DNA from: Patescibacteria group bacterium
GTDB lineage: Bacteria > Patescibacteriota > Microgenomatia > Levybacterales > UBA12049
Length of the DNA: 64,000 bases
Direction of reading: 5' to 3'
NCBI GenBank assembly: GCA_038063415.1
Contig: JBBTVD010000003.1
Location: 8,489-72,488, forward strand
Shown: positions 18,384 through 27,930 of the stretch, one piece after another
Position numbering within the stretch: position 1 is the first letter of the stretch
Layout of the letters: every line of letters starts with the position of its first letter
Made by a program: the position numbers and the translations under genes
The notes under the pieces: generated by a model
The model's database searches: none
Told to the model about the DNA's origin: nothing
Seen by the model: the letters and a program-made list of their open reading frames with translations, nothing else

Positions 18384-19244
18384 TTAGGTAAAAAATAAGC
18401 TAATACCTATTACTCCAACAATCGTTAATAGTAAACCAATTAATTCTCTTTTTGTCGGTCTCTCTTTTAAGAAAAAAATGGCTAGTACAACTATGATCGC
18501 TGGATACGCTGCTGTTAGAGGTGAAGCTATTGAAGCATACGCATGAGCAAATGCGAGCCAGAGAAAAAGGACGGCAACAATATTTAATAATGAACCTAAA
18601 AGTGCAAATTTATATTTGGAATACTCATGTATGGTTCGAGTGAATTGACTTAGTGGTTCTCTTGTAACGAGTAGATACCCGACAGCTACAGGTATTTGAG
18701 CAAATGCTAACGCAAAAAGGAATGTTTCTGCTGAAGATTTATCAATTACTCCTTTTGAGAGGGTATCTGATAACCCTACCGCGATAGCAGCCGCAAGCGG
18801 CCAAAGAAGATGAGCCCTTTCCTTAAGTTCTTTGGCATGAATTTTGTGGGGTAAAGAAACAATTAAGATTCCAATAATAGTTATACTAATAAAAAACCAG
18901 TGAATAGGTAAAAGCATTTCTTTGTTGAGGAGAACAGAACAAATAATAGTCCACACGGGATAACTTGCAAAAATGGTTCCACTGATACTGATATGTCCCT
19001 TTGAGAGTGCATAAAAAACAAACGCTTCAGAAAGAAGCGCACTCAAAAGAGCAAATCCAACTACCATTGAAAAATCTTGAAAACGCACCCCTACAATGAG
19101 AGCAAACGGTATCCATAAAAGAAGACCAAAGCATGCATCAAAGAAAAAAACAATTGAGGGATTTAATTCTTTATAACTTCTTTTAATACTTATAAAAGCA
19201 AGAGCTTGTCCCAACGCAGCAAGTAAACCGAACACTATTCCCAT
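18384..19244 (-). CDS. EamA/DMT-family transporter
   Basis: About 10 TM segments in two repeats; ASIASPLTAAYP...FFLKER. Confidence 0.85.
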   Translation of the reverse strand: MGIVFGLLAALGQALAFISIKRSYKELNPSIVFFFDACFGLLLWIPFALIVGVRFQDFSMVVGFALLSALLSEAFVFYALSKGHISISGTIFASYPVWTIICSVLLNKEMLLPIHWFFISITIIGILIVSLPHKIHAKELKERAHLLWPLAAAIAVGLSDTLSKGVIDKSSAETFLFALAFAQIPVAVGYLLVTREPLSQFTRTIHEYSKYKFALLGSLLNIVAVLFLWLAFAHAYASIASPLTAAYPAIIVVLAIFFLKERPTKRELIGLLLTIVGVIGISLFFT

Positions 19245-19263
19245 GGATATAGTATACCATGAG

Positions 19264-20292
19264 CTAGCTTCTGGAATACTTCTTCACCTGTTCAAGGGGC
19301 CAGGTGATGCCAGCAGCATAACAAACCAACCAAAAGTCCGATCCCCACAAATTTACTTCTTGAATCCGCGAAGGAATGACATATCTCTCCCACGTAGACG
19401 GAAAAGATTCTCGGCGATACGTAAGAACACCTTCCTGCGGCTGAGGTGCTTGCTTAAGATAATATTCCCACGCTCTGCCTCCTCCCCAAGGTTGTGCTTC
19501 AAGTTCCGTAAAGAGCATTTGATCCCGTGGAAGGAGCTGCGTGAGCGAACTAACAGCTTTTGCATAAGGAGAGAGCTTCTGTAGCCATTTATTTTTCCAT
19601 GTTTCCTGGGAAGGATAGACATCAAATCCCAAGCGAACCTGTTTGCCTAAGTCACCAATAAAGTCCTTAAAAACGCTCTGCACCCGCCAGGTAAGCGAGG
19701 CGTCGATATTTGTATTAAACAAAATCGGCTTTTCAGTTAATTTTTTACAAATACTTACCGCTTTTTGCATAAATGCTCGAGAAATAACTGTCTGGATATC
19801 TTTTCTTCCTTCAAGTCCTTGTCTATCTGGCCATTCATTGCCGAGATAAAAGCCTCTGATGCGTGGATCATTACCAAATTTTTGCAGTTGTGCCTTGAGA
19901 AAAATGTGCCCAAAATTATTTAAGAAAGTATCTTCATCCAAAGCTGCTTCTGATTGCTTTACTCGTTGTGTGTAGGTATACGGTAGACGAATACCTGGAT
20001 AATGTGGATACTGAAATGGTCCAAGGCAAAAGTCTACTTGTAACCCTATCTGCTGACACAGCTCAAGAATATATTCTACCGAAGAGAAATCAAAACTTTC
20101 CCCGTCGGTTATCTCATAAGGAAAGATGACTAGTCGAATACCAGAGATGCCATAGTGCCTAAGCGTTTCAAGAGAATCTCGTATTAGCCCTTTCTTTTTT
20201 TGCCAATCACTGGTAGGTAAATCACCATGTGTTGCTCGATAGGCTAGCTCCCAACAGACTTTCTGCGGGCAAAAGGTTGTCCAAAGTTGCAT
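19264..20292 (-). CDS. Putative glycoside hydrolase (clan GH-A-like TIM barrel)
   Basis: GISGIRL, FDFSSVEYIL, YLGNEW acid/base-like motif, GFDVYP, FTELEAQPW nucleophile-like motif, LWGSDFW. Confidence 0.55.
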   Translation of the reverse strand: MQLWTTFCPQKVCWELAYRATHGDLPTSDWQKKKGLIRDSLETLRHYGISGIRLVIFPYEITDGESFDFSSVEYILELCQQIGLQVDFCLGPFQYPHYPGIRLPYTYTQRVKQSEAALDEDTFLNNFGHIFLKAQLQKFGNDPRIRGFYLGNEWPDRQGLEGRKDIQTVISRAFMQKAVSICKKLTEKPILFNTNIDASLTWRVQSVFKDFIGDLGKQVRLGFDVYPSQETWKNKWLQKLSPYAKAVSSLTQLLPRDQMLFTELEAQPWGGGRAWEYYLKQAPQPQEGVLTYRRESFPSTWERYVIPSRIQEVNLWGSDFWLVCYAAGITWPLEQVKKYSRS

Positions 20293-20323
20293 ACTGAGGC
20301 TGATTATAGCACAGCTATGGGGA

Positions 20324-20896
20324 TTACCTAAGATTTGTTGCTATTTTACCAGGTTTAGACAGCTTTACAGGGAATCGTTCAGAAGCTGCTTGCGGAAGGA
20401 CGACAGAAACACCTGCCCTGGGAAACATGCTTCTTAGACGATGCTGTAAAGCAGCAGCGCTCTCTCCACTTGCCAGAGTTGCAACCATACCTCCTGCATT
20501 TAAACCTTCGTATAATCCTTTAATTGTAGATTCTGATAATCCTTGTTGATCCGTACATGTTACCAAATCAACATTTCCTACAAAAGTAGTACCAGAGTCA
20601 TGAACTGTATGTTTTAGACTATCTCCAAATGGTGAAAGTTCTCCTAAGGGATCTCTTATAGGTTCACCTCCTATTTGTGCCCAGCTAAAACCTTTAGCGG
20701 GATCCTCCATTATCGAATCCTTAATACGCCTACCAACCCCTAAATTAAACATTAATTCCAATTGGAGCAGACTTAAACCTTCCGAATCATGAGATTCAAC
20801 CCTTGTAGGAAGTGAAGGTTCAGTGAGCACAGCTTGCCCAACAACTATTCCTGGTTCACTAAATCGGCCAATTGAAGATCTATCAAACTCTCCCAT
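20324..20896 (-). CDS. Hypothetical protein
   Basis: 190-aa ORF filling the gap downstream of lon; no recognisable motif. Confidence 0.55.
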   Translation of the reverse strand: MGEFDRSSIGRFSEPGIVVGQAVLTEPSLPTRVESHDSEGLSLLQLELMFNLGVGRRIKDSIMEDPAKGFSWAQIGGEPIRDPLGELSPFGDSLKHTVHDSGTTFVGNVDLVTCTDQQGLSESTIKGLYEGLNAGGMVATLASGESAAALQHRLRSMFPRAGVSVVLPQAASERFPVKLSKPGKIATNLR

Positions 20897-21029
20897 ATAA
20901 ATACATACTCTTCTTCATTGAAGAAAGATAATTATATATGAATGATACTTGTTGTTCTTGACCGACGACAGACATTTACCTGACAAAAAGATGAACTAAT
21001 AATTAAATGGGGGAATGTAGACTAGTAAG

Positions 21030-23414
21030 TTAGTTAGCAGATATTACCGCTGGTATTGCTGATGAAGATTTTGAATGATTCTTCTTGGTCTCTGACTTTG
21101 TTTTAAGGTTAGGTAATGGCTTGGTAAGAGCGATCTCCAGCACTTCGTCCATATGTTCGACAAACTTGAATTTCAAATCTTTAAGTACTTCCTTTGGCAC
21201 ATCTTCCAAATCTTTCTCATTATCCTTTGGCAAGATAATGGTCGTGAGTCCTGCACGATGCGCACCGATAACTTTTTCTTTGACTCCACCAATTTCCAGA
21301 ATTCGGCCACGGAGTGTTACTTCACCAGTCATACCAGTCTTTCGGTCAACGGGGATCTTGGTAAGAGCTGACACAATAGCTGTCGTAATAGCACCGCCAG
21401 CAGATGGACCATCTTTTGGTACAGCCCCCTCTGGGACGTGTACATGGACATCCAGATGCTGATAGAATTTATCTGCAAGACCAAGCTGTTTGAAGCGGGT
21501 CCTGATATATGACATAGCAGCTTGCCCTGATTCTTTCATGACGTCTCCCAACTGACCTGTAAGAATAAGCTGTCCTTTACCTGGCATTGGTGCAACTTCA
21601 ATGGTAAGGATTCCTCCACCAGCTTCAGAATAGAATAATCCTGTTGCCATACCTACTTCGTCCTTTTTTTCAATCATGGTTGCCTGGAATTTAATAGGAC
21701 CCAAATAGGTTGTTACGTCTTTTGCCTCAACAGTCACTTTGTTTTTTTCGCCCTCAGCAACTTTTTTGGCTACTTTACGAAGGATTGTGGCAATCTTTCG
21801 CTCCAGATTTCTGACACCAGCTTCACGGGTATAATGATGAATCATAAAGCGTAAAGCATCATCTGTCAGCTCAACATTTTCACCAGTGAGACCATGATTC
21901 TCCAGCTGCTTGCTAATTAAGAAATCATGAGCAATTTTGAATTTTTCATCATGGGTATAGCCGCTAAACTGAATGATTTCCAGACGATCTCGTAGTGCTG
22001 GTGGAATCGTATCTAACACATTTGCTGTTGTGACAAACATGACGTTTGAAAGATCAAAAGGAACTTCCAGATAGTGGTCTGAAAACTGCCCATTTTGTTC
22101 AGGATCGAGCGCTTCAAGAAGGGCTGATGAAGGATCCCCACGGAAGTCTGAGCCTACTTTATCAATTTCATCAAGCATAAAGATAGGATTCTTTGTCCCC
22201 GCATCCTTGATCCCTTGTAAGATTCTCCCTGGAAGCGCGCCAACGTATGTTCGACGATGCCCACGAATTTCAGCTTCATCCCGGATTCCCCCCAGCGATA
22301 CGCGAACGAATTTGCGGCCAAGAGCACGAGCAATGGATTTACCAATAGAGGTCTTCCCAACTCCGGGTGGTCCGACAAAACAGAGAATTGGACCTTTCAT
22401 CTTACCTGATAGCTGATGCACTGCTAAGTATTCAAGAATGCGCTCTTTCACTTTTTTGATACCGTAGTGATCTTTATCCAATGTGCCTTCAGCTTCTTTG
22501 ATACTTGTTTCATCTTTGCTTTCGTTATTCCAAGGAAGACTTACCATCAACTCAAGATAGTTACGGATATAACCAGCCTCTGGATTAAACTGATTCATGT
22601 TCTGTAATTTGTGCAGCTCTTTCTTGGCCTTCTCTTCTACCTCTTCAGGCATCTTTGCATCTTTTATTTTTTGCATCAGGACTTTTGTCTCTGAAGTATC
22701 TTCTGCTTCACCTAGCTCTTGCTCGATCGTTTTCAGACGCTCACGAAGCATAGCTTCTCGTGCACCCTTTTCAAATCTTTCCTGGGTCTTTGAAGCAATT
22801 CTGCGTTCAAGTTCAAGAATTTTGACTTCTTTAGCGAGCAGATCTGTCAGCTTTTGCAGACGAGCTTTAACATCACTCATCTCAAGAATTTCCTGTCTTT
22901 CTTGAGGTTTTAGTTCAAGAGCAGAAGCAATCAAGTCTGATAATTCGGCTGGAGAGTTCTCAGACATGATATTCATAAAGAGCAGAAAATCAGCAGATTT
23001 ACCAAAATTCATTGCCTTACGAAATGCGTTTGTCAGATGGTTACAGAGTGCTTTAATTTCTTCAGTTACTTCAATAACATCTGGGATTTCAATAACCCTT
23101 GCCATAAAGTAGGAGTCAAACTTTTCATACGATAATACTTTTACACGAGAGAGGCCGCGAACCTGCGCGTTAATTTCGCCATCGGTACGGATCATACGTT
23201 CAATACGAGAAAGTGTTCCGACACTATGTAAATCTTCAGGGGTAGGATCATTGAGTCGTGCATTCTTTTGGAGCACAAAGCAGACAATTTTTTCATGCTG
23301 GAAAGCAGATTCAAGTGCGGTCAAGCTTTTGGGACGACCAAAGGTTAATACAGAATCAGTATTTGGGAATATGATTCCGTCGCGAATTGGGATGATTGGT
23401 ACAATCTTTTCCAT
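21030..23414 (-). CDS. lon: ATP-dependent Lon protease
   Basis: LON N-domain, GPPGVGKTS, DEIDK, HVHVPEGAVPKDGPSAG catalytic Ser, IGGVKEK. Confidence 0.97.
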   Translation of the reverse strand: MEKIVPIIPIRDGIIFPNTDSVLTFGRPKSLTALESAFQHEKIVCFVLQKNARLNDPTPEDLHSVGTLSRIERMIRTDGEINAQVRGLSRVKVLSYEKFDSYFMARVIEIPDVIEVTEEIKALCNHLTNAFRKAMNFGKSADFLLFMNIMSENSPAELSDLIASALELKPQERQEILEMSDVKARLQKLTDLLAKEVKILELERRIASKTQERFEKGAREAMLRERLKTIEQELGEAEDTSETKVLMQKIKDAKMPEEVEEKAKKELHKLQNMNQFNPEAGYIRNYLELMVSLPWNNESKDETSIKEAEGTLDKDHYGIKKVKERILEYLAVHQLSGKMKGPILCFVGPPGVGKTSIGKSIARALGRKFVRVSLGGIRDEAEIRGHRRTYVGALPGRILQGIKDAGTKNPIFMLDEIDKVGSDFRGDPSSALLEALDPEQNGQFSDHYLEVPFDLSNVMFVTTANVLDTIPPALRDRLEIIQFSGYTHDEKFKIAHDFLISKQLENHGLTGENVELTDDALRFMIHHYTREAGVRNLERKIATILRKVAKKVAEGEKNKVTVEAKDVTTYLGPIKFQATMIEKKDEVGMATGLFYSEAGGGILTIEVAPMPGKGQLILTGQLGDVMKESGQAAMSYIRTRFKQLGLADKFYQHLDVHVHVPEGAVPKDGPSAGGAITTAIVSALTKIPVDRKTGMTGEVTLRGRILEIGGVKEKVIGAHRAGLTTIILPKDNEKDLEDVPKEVLKDLKFKFVEHMDEVLEIALTKPLPNLKTKSETKKNHSKSSSAIPAVISAN

Positions 23415-23423
23415 AATTAGTAT

Positions 23424-23457
23424 TTAGCACTCTATCATAACATCTGCCAAGTGTCAA
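23424..23457 (-). promoter_or_regulatory. lon promoter overlapped by CIRCE-like (HrcA) operator
   Basis: TTAGCACTC-N9-atcTGCcAA at 23424-23450; minus strand TTGACA-N17-(TGa)TAGAGT. Confidence 0.7.
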
Positions 23458-23472
23458 TGGCTTATAGGATTT

Positions 23473-24096
23473 TTACTTGCTTAGCTCTGCATAGATGACA
23501 TATCGATGAGAATAATTTTTTGAAGAGGAACTCCAATCACCATGACACGTGATCAAATTAAGCATTGTTTTATCGGTTTTACCGAAAACTTCACCTATTG
23601 GGAAAGAATTATAAGGATATTTCACCATACGAATGACAAAAAAAGTCAATTCTTTGCCTTGATCATCCGTAATAATAATCTCATCTCCTTTTCTGAGGCT
23701 TGTCAGATCGTAAAAGATAGCAGGGGCCCCTGATTCTTTGTCGAAATGACCTGCAAAGACTGCATTGCCTATTTGACCTGGACGAGGCCCCAGTTTGTAC
23801 CACGCTGCGTTATCCGCATCTTTTGGTACATCCATAGCTTTTTTACTATCAAGACCCACCTGTTCAATCTGACCGGTTACATTAATTTGCGGTATACGAA
23901 TACTTGTCGGAATACCAACTTCAGGAAGTGGTTGTGTAACAGCCGTTTGGGTTGTTGGTACAATTTCTTTCTGAGACTGAGCAACAAGGACTTGTTGCTT
24001 TTGCTCCTCTGAAAATGTACCTGCAACGTTTACTCCGACAAGTACCCCAACTACTGAAATAATAGCGATAAGAAGAACAAAAGATAATTTTTTCAT
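23473..24096 (-). CDS. Class F sortase
   Basis: N-terminal TM; PTSIRIPQI, AAWYKLGPRPGQIGNAVFAGH, LNLITC, HR; His/Cys/Arg triad present. Confidence 0.9.
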   Translation of the reverse strand: MKKLSFVLLIAIISVVGVLVGVNVAGTFSEEQKQQVLVAQSQKEIVPTTQTAVTQPLPEVGIPTSIRIPQINVTGQIEQVGLDSKKAMDVPKDADNAAWYKLGPRPGQIGNAVFAGHFDKESGAPAIFYDLTSLRKGDEIIITDDQGKELTFFVIRMVKYPYNSFPIGEVFGKTDKTMLNLITCHGDWSSSSKNYSHRYVIYAELSK

Positions 24097-24108
24097 ATCT
24101 TATATAAA

Positions 24109-24143
24109 GCAAGATGCATTAACGAAAAGTTAACGCATCTTGC
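24109..24143 (-). terminator. Stem-loop between small peptide gene and sortase
   Basis: gcaagatgcgttaac-ttttc-gttaatgcatcttgc followed by ttta on minus strand. Confidence 0.6.
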
Positions 24144-24162
24144 CACACAAACAAAAGTTTGA

Positions 24163-24336
24163 TTAGTTTCCTGCACGTCCAGTTGATGGTGCACTTTCTG
24201 GCATCGCATCATCTGTCATCGCAGAAGTTACTGTTGTTGTGGTTGTAGGCGTAGTTGTCTGAGCAAATGCTACTGAGCTTGCAGTAACTGCTGCTACAGC
24301 AAAAACACCTGCTGAAATTGCTAATTTTTTGATCAT
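24163..24336 (-). CDS. 57-aa secreted Thr-rich peptide ending in APSTG; putative sortase substrate
   Basis: SD GGAGGTGA; signal peptide MIKKLAISAG...VAFA; TTTPTTTTTVTS; MPESAPSTGRAGN*. Confidence 0.75.
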   Translation of the reverse strand: MIKKLAISAGVFAVAAVTASSVAFAQTTTPTTTTTVTSAMTDDAMPESAPSTGRAGN

Positions 24337-24450
24337 TCGTTTCACCTCCTTCCTTGAGTTTTCGGACTCACATCCCTTTGCTGACTTCTTGCTGACAAGA
24401 AGTAAACCATAAGGTACTTTTTAGTGTAACATCAAAAATTAAAAAGAAGT

Positions 24451-24473
24451 GTAAGAAAATTATAAGAAAATTA
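24451..24473 (-). promoter_or_regulatory. 11-bp tandem direct repeat, candidate OmpR-family site
   Basis: TAAGAAAATTA x2 (24452-24473); minus-strand extended -10 TGtTACACT at 24423-24431. Confidence 0.5.
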
Positions 24474-25130
24474 TTCCTTAATCATATAGCCTATTCCACG
24501 GATAGAATAGAGCAATTTCTTCTGCGAAGCTTTATCAATCTTTTTACGAAGATATCCTATATAAACATCGACAACCCGTGTCTCAATATCTGAAGAATAG
24601 AGCCATATTTTCTTTAACAAGATCTTGCGGGTTACCACTTTTCCCTGTTGCTTCATAAGATAATGTAATAGTTTGAACTCTTGAGGCGTGAGTATAATAA
24701 CATCTTCTCCTCTCTTTACTTCAAGCGCATTGCTATCAAGCTCCAGATCTGCGACTTTAAGACGCGTCTGTGTTTGCTTTTTTTGCGTCATCGCATTGTT
24801 TACCGCTGTTAAAAGATCAGCAGGAGTTATGGGTTTTTGTAAAATAATGGTATCTACAAGAGAAATTCTCGTTTTCACTTTTTCTTCTTTAAGAAAAAGT
24901 ATCTGAATATCAGGAAGTGTCTTTTTGACATCTCTGATGATTGCACAGGCACTTAATTCACCAATAGCACCATCGAGAATAAGGATATCAGGTGAATATC
25001 TTTTTATTGATCGTTGTTCTGCTGTTTTAGTAGCAACGGTATAGACTTGATAGCCTTGCTCGAGTAAGACTGTTTTTAATGACGTGCGAAATTGTTTTTG
25101 GGGAGAGATCAATAATAATGTATTACTCAT
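24471..25130 (-). CDS. OmpR-family response regulator with atypical receiver domain
   Basis: LTPQEFKLLHYLM, VVDVYIGYLRKKID, SIRGIGY winged helix; receiver lacks the acidic pair. Confidence 0.88.
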   Translation of the reverse strand: MSNTLLLISPQKQFRTSLKTVLLEQGYQVYTVATKTAEQRSIKRYSPDILILDGAIGELSACAIIRDVKKTLPDIQILFLKEEKVKTRISLVDTIILQKPITPADLLTAVNNAMTQKKQTQTRLKVADLELDSNALEVKRGEDVIILTPQEFKLLHYLMKQQGKVVTRKILLKKIWLYSSDIETRVVDVYIGYLRKKIDKASQKKLLYSIRGIGYMIKE

Positions 25131-25223
25131 AACCGCCCACCATTATAACAACACCTTCCTGATCGAGCAAGGGCAAGACAGCTATAAATACTTTTTCGTT
25201 TGGGATATAATAGAAATAATATT

Positions 25224-26657
25224 ATGATTCGATATAAACTGCTCATCGGATTTGCTCTGATATTAGTTTTAGGACTTTTTATTCAGGCAGTAACTAGTAG
25301 TATTCCGCCTCTTATTTTTGTGAGTACGTCGATCATCACCCTGATTCTTTTTTTTATGGCGGGTATCTATCTCACACGTCCGCTAAGAAAACTGCAGGAA
25401 GCAATGCAATCGATGCAACCTAACAAACCAAGCAAAGACGAGATAGCAATGGCGATACAACAACTTTCTTTTTTTGCCACAGAAATAAAAGATCGGGATA
25501 TCGAAATCGACAATCGACGTAAACAAGGTATGCTCATCCTTGATTCACTTATTGAACCTGTTGTTGCTTGTGATAAAGGAAATAACACTATCGTTTTTAA
25601 TAAAGCTACAGAGACTATTACCGGTATGAACAAAGCAACGGCACTCGGAAAACCCATTGATGACATTCTTCACTTATATGAGGATGAAAAGCGTATCCCT
25701 TTCGCTGAATATTCAGACCAATCACTGAGTATGATTGAAAAATTACGAACTAACGGTCTCAATATGAGTAATGCACAAGGAGATAAGGTAACCGTCACAA
25801 TGAGGGTAATACCGATACGCAGCAATGAACAGTTGATCCATGTACTTACCTTTCATGATACGAGCGAAGCATTGGCGTTAGAAGAGATGAAGCTTGATTT
25901 TGTCTCTATGGCTGCCCACGAACTTCGTACACCACTTACCGCAATCCGAGGATATGCTTCGCTTCTTGAATTGCAACACGCTGGTGAACTTAATGACAAT
26001 GGCAAAGAATTGGTCAAACGTCTTCTCATAAGCGGAGAAACCTTAGGAAACTTGATTGATAATTTACTGACGGTATCTCGTATTGAAAAGAATATGTTCT
26101 CAATTGCAACAAAACCAACAGACCCTTTACCACTACTAATGGGTGTTATTGATACGTTTCGAAAGACAACAAAAGCGAAGAGACAAAAGCTACTTATCGA
26201 TGTACCAAACGAACTTCCAATCATATTTGCTGACTCCTTTTGTTTGAGCCAAGTGCTTTTTAACCTTATTATGAATGCCACCACGTATGCTCCTGATGGA
26301 ACGACAATTATGGTTAAAGCAGAAAAAAGAGATGCTTTTCTTCAAGTAACTGTTTCTGACACTGGTCCAGGAATACCAAAGGAAGCCATTCCTAAGTTGT
26401 TTACCAAATTTTTCCGAGTACCAGGAAGCCTGGAAGAGTCAATAAAAGGTACGGGACTTGGTCTTTTTATTAGTAAAACAATTATTGAGCTACATAATGG
26501 AAAAATCTGGGTAGAAAGTGAACCTGAGAAGGGTAGCATCTTCACTTTCCTTATCCCCATAGCAACACCACAACTTATTGCTCGTTATCAACAACAACAG
26601 GAGAATGCTAGCTTGACAGTAAAAAATGGACGGGGTATTATAATAAAAAATGTATGA
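25224..26657 (+). CDS. PAS-domain sensor histidine kinase
   Basis: 2 TM, PAS (FNKATETITG), H-box AAHELRTPLT, N-box NLIMNA, DTGPGI, GTGLGL. Confidence 0.92.
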   Translation: MIRYKLLIGFALILVLGLFIQAVTSSIPPLIFVSTSIITLILFFMAGIYLTRPLRKLQEAMQSMQPNKPSKDEIAMAIQQLSFFATEIKDRDIEIDNRRKQGMLILDSLIEPVVACDKGNNTIVFNKATETITGMNKATALGKPIDDILHLYEDEKRIPFAEYSDQSLSMIEKLRTNGLNMSNAQGDKVTVTMRVIPIRSNEQLIHVLTFHDTSEALALEEMKLDFVSMAAHELRTPLTAIRGYASLLELQHAGELNDNGKELVKRLLISGETLGNLIDNLLTVSRIEKNMFSIATKPTDPLPLLMGVIDTFRKTTKAKRQKLLIDVPNELPIIFADSFCLSQVLFNLIMNATTYAPDGTTIMVKAEKRDAFLQVTVSDTGPGIPKEAIPKLFTKFFRVPGSLEESIKGTGLGLFISKTIIELHNGKIWVESEPEKGSIFTFLIPIATPQLIARYQQQQENASLTVKNGRGIIIKNV

Positions 26658-27073
26658 AAAAAATACTCATTGCTGAAGATGATTTTTTTATTCGAGATAT
26701 CTACAGCAAGATCTTCACTCTTTCTGAGTATGATGTAATAACCGCTGTAGACGGGGCAGATGCTCTCGAAAAATTACAAAACCAAGCCTTTGATATTGTT
26801 CTCCTTGATATCATGATGCCCAAGATGACAGGGCTTGATGTACTCAAAGCACTTCGACAACAACTACCCCCACCAGCTAAAGATACGCCAGTTTTTCTTA
26901 TTACCAACCTTGGACAAGATGAAGTTATTGAAGAAGCTTTTAAAATGGGAATGGATGGATATATCATCAAATCACAAGTAAACCCACAACAAGTAGTTGA
27001 TGAAATCAATACTTTCTTTAAAAGTAAGGCCTCGCCTCCAGCTTCAGTTACTGCTTTGGAGTACTTGGATTAA
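26654..27073 (+). CDS. Single-domain response regulator (receiver only)
   Basis: ILIAEDD, LLDIMMPKMTG, LITN, YIIK; internal TTGACA-N17-TATTAT at 26613-26641. Confidence 0.9.
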   Translation: MKKILIAEDDFFIRDIYSKIFTLSEYDVITAVDGADALEKLQNQAFDIVLLDIMMPKMTGLDVLKALRQQLPPPAKDTPVFLITNLGQDEVIEEAFKMGMDGYIIKSQVNPQQVVDEINTFFKSKASPPASVTALEYLD

Positions 27074-27442
27074 TATATCACGCTCTCGTGGACCATCAAG
27101 GTCAATAAGCACTATCCGCTGCCAAGTCCCTAAAGCAAGTTCCCCGTCAATAATAGGAATAGTTACTGAAGGCCCAATTAACGAAGAAAGGATATGATCT
27201 GGTGCATGTTTGGGGTTATGGGGATGACGATATGGCAATGTTGGGATTAGTTTTGCAAAAGCATCAAGCATATCAAGATCCGTCCCAGGATCAAGATTTG
27301 CCGTAGTAAGACATGCAGTTGTATTTTTCACAAAGAGGACACAGACTCCTTGTTGTATAGAATGCAATTGCAGTATTTCCTGAACTTTGTTCGTTATATC
27401 AATAACTTCTTTCTTTTTGGTGGAACTAATTGGTAGATGCAT
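27044..27442 (-). CDS. yjbQ: YjbQ (UPF0047) family protein
   Basis: IDIT, TTACLT, DH...SSLIG, LGTWQRIVLIDLDGPRER. Confidence 0.88.
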   Translation of the reverse strand: MHLPISSTKKKEVIDITNKVQEILQLHSIQQGVCVLFVKNTTACLTTANLDPGTDLDMLDAFAKLIPTLPYRHPHNPKHAPDHILSSLIGPSVTIPIIDGELALGTWQRIVLIDLDGPRERDILIQVLQSSN

Positions 27443-27444
27443 AG

Positions 27445-27930
27445 CTATTTTTGTATTGTTGTAAGAACAGAAAGCATCTGTAAGACTGCTGTTGCTCCTT
27501 CAATCCCTTTATTTTTATCATTCTTACCAGCTCGAACCTCTGCCTGCTCGCTCGCGTATACAGCCAAAATTTCCAAAGCAACTGGAAGACTATATTCAAG
27601 CGAAAGCTGCATAAGCGCTCTTCCTACCTCATTGGCAATCATATCAAAATGATAGGTATCACCCTTTATGATGATGCCAAACGTGACAATTGCATCGAAT
27701 TGGCCTGATTTTGCAAGCTTTTGTACCATGAGTGGGATTTCCCAAGAGCCAGGTACCGAAAAAGTCTTAATTCCTTCCGTTGGCACACCATTTTCTTCCA
27801 ATGTCAGACGGCAGTAGTACTCGAGATTGTCATTAAGTTCACCATGATAATCGGTTCTGACAATAGCAATTCGTAAGCTTTTGGCAAGCGTCGCATCGAT
27901 TGCTGTTTTTGTTGTTAGTTGTTTAAGCAT
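27445..27930 (-). CDS. ribH: 6,7-dimethyl-8-ribityllumazine synthase
   Basis: VPGSWEIP, FDAIVTFGIIIKGDTYHFD, QAEVRAG..NKGIEGA. Confidence 0.93.
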   Translation of the reverse strand: MLKQLTTKTAIDATLAKSLRIAIVRTDYHGELNDNLEYYCRLTLEENGVPTEGIKTFSVPGSWEIPLMVQKLAKSGQFDAIVTFGIIIKGDTYHFDMIANEVGRALMQLSLEYSLPVALEILAVYASEQAEVRAGKNDKNKGIEGATAVLQMLSVLTTIQK

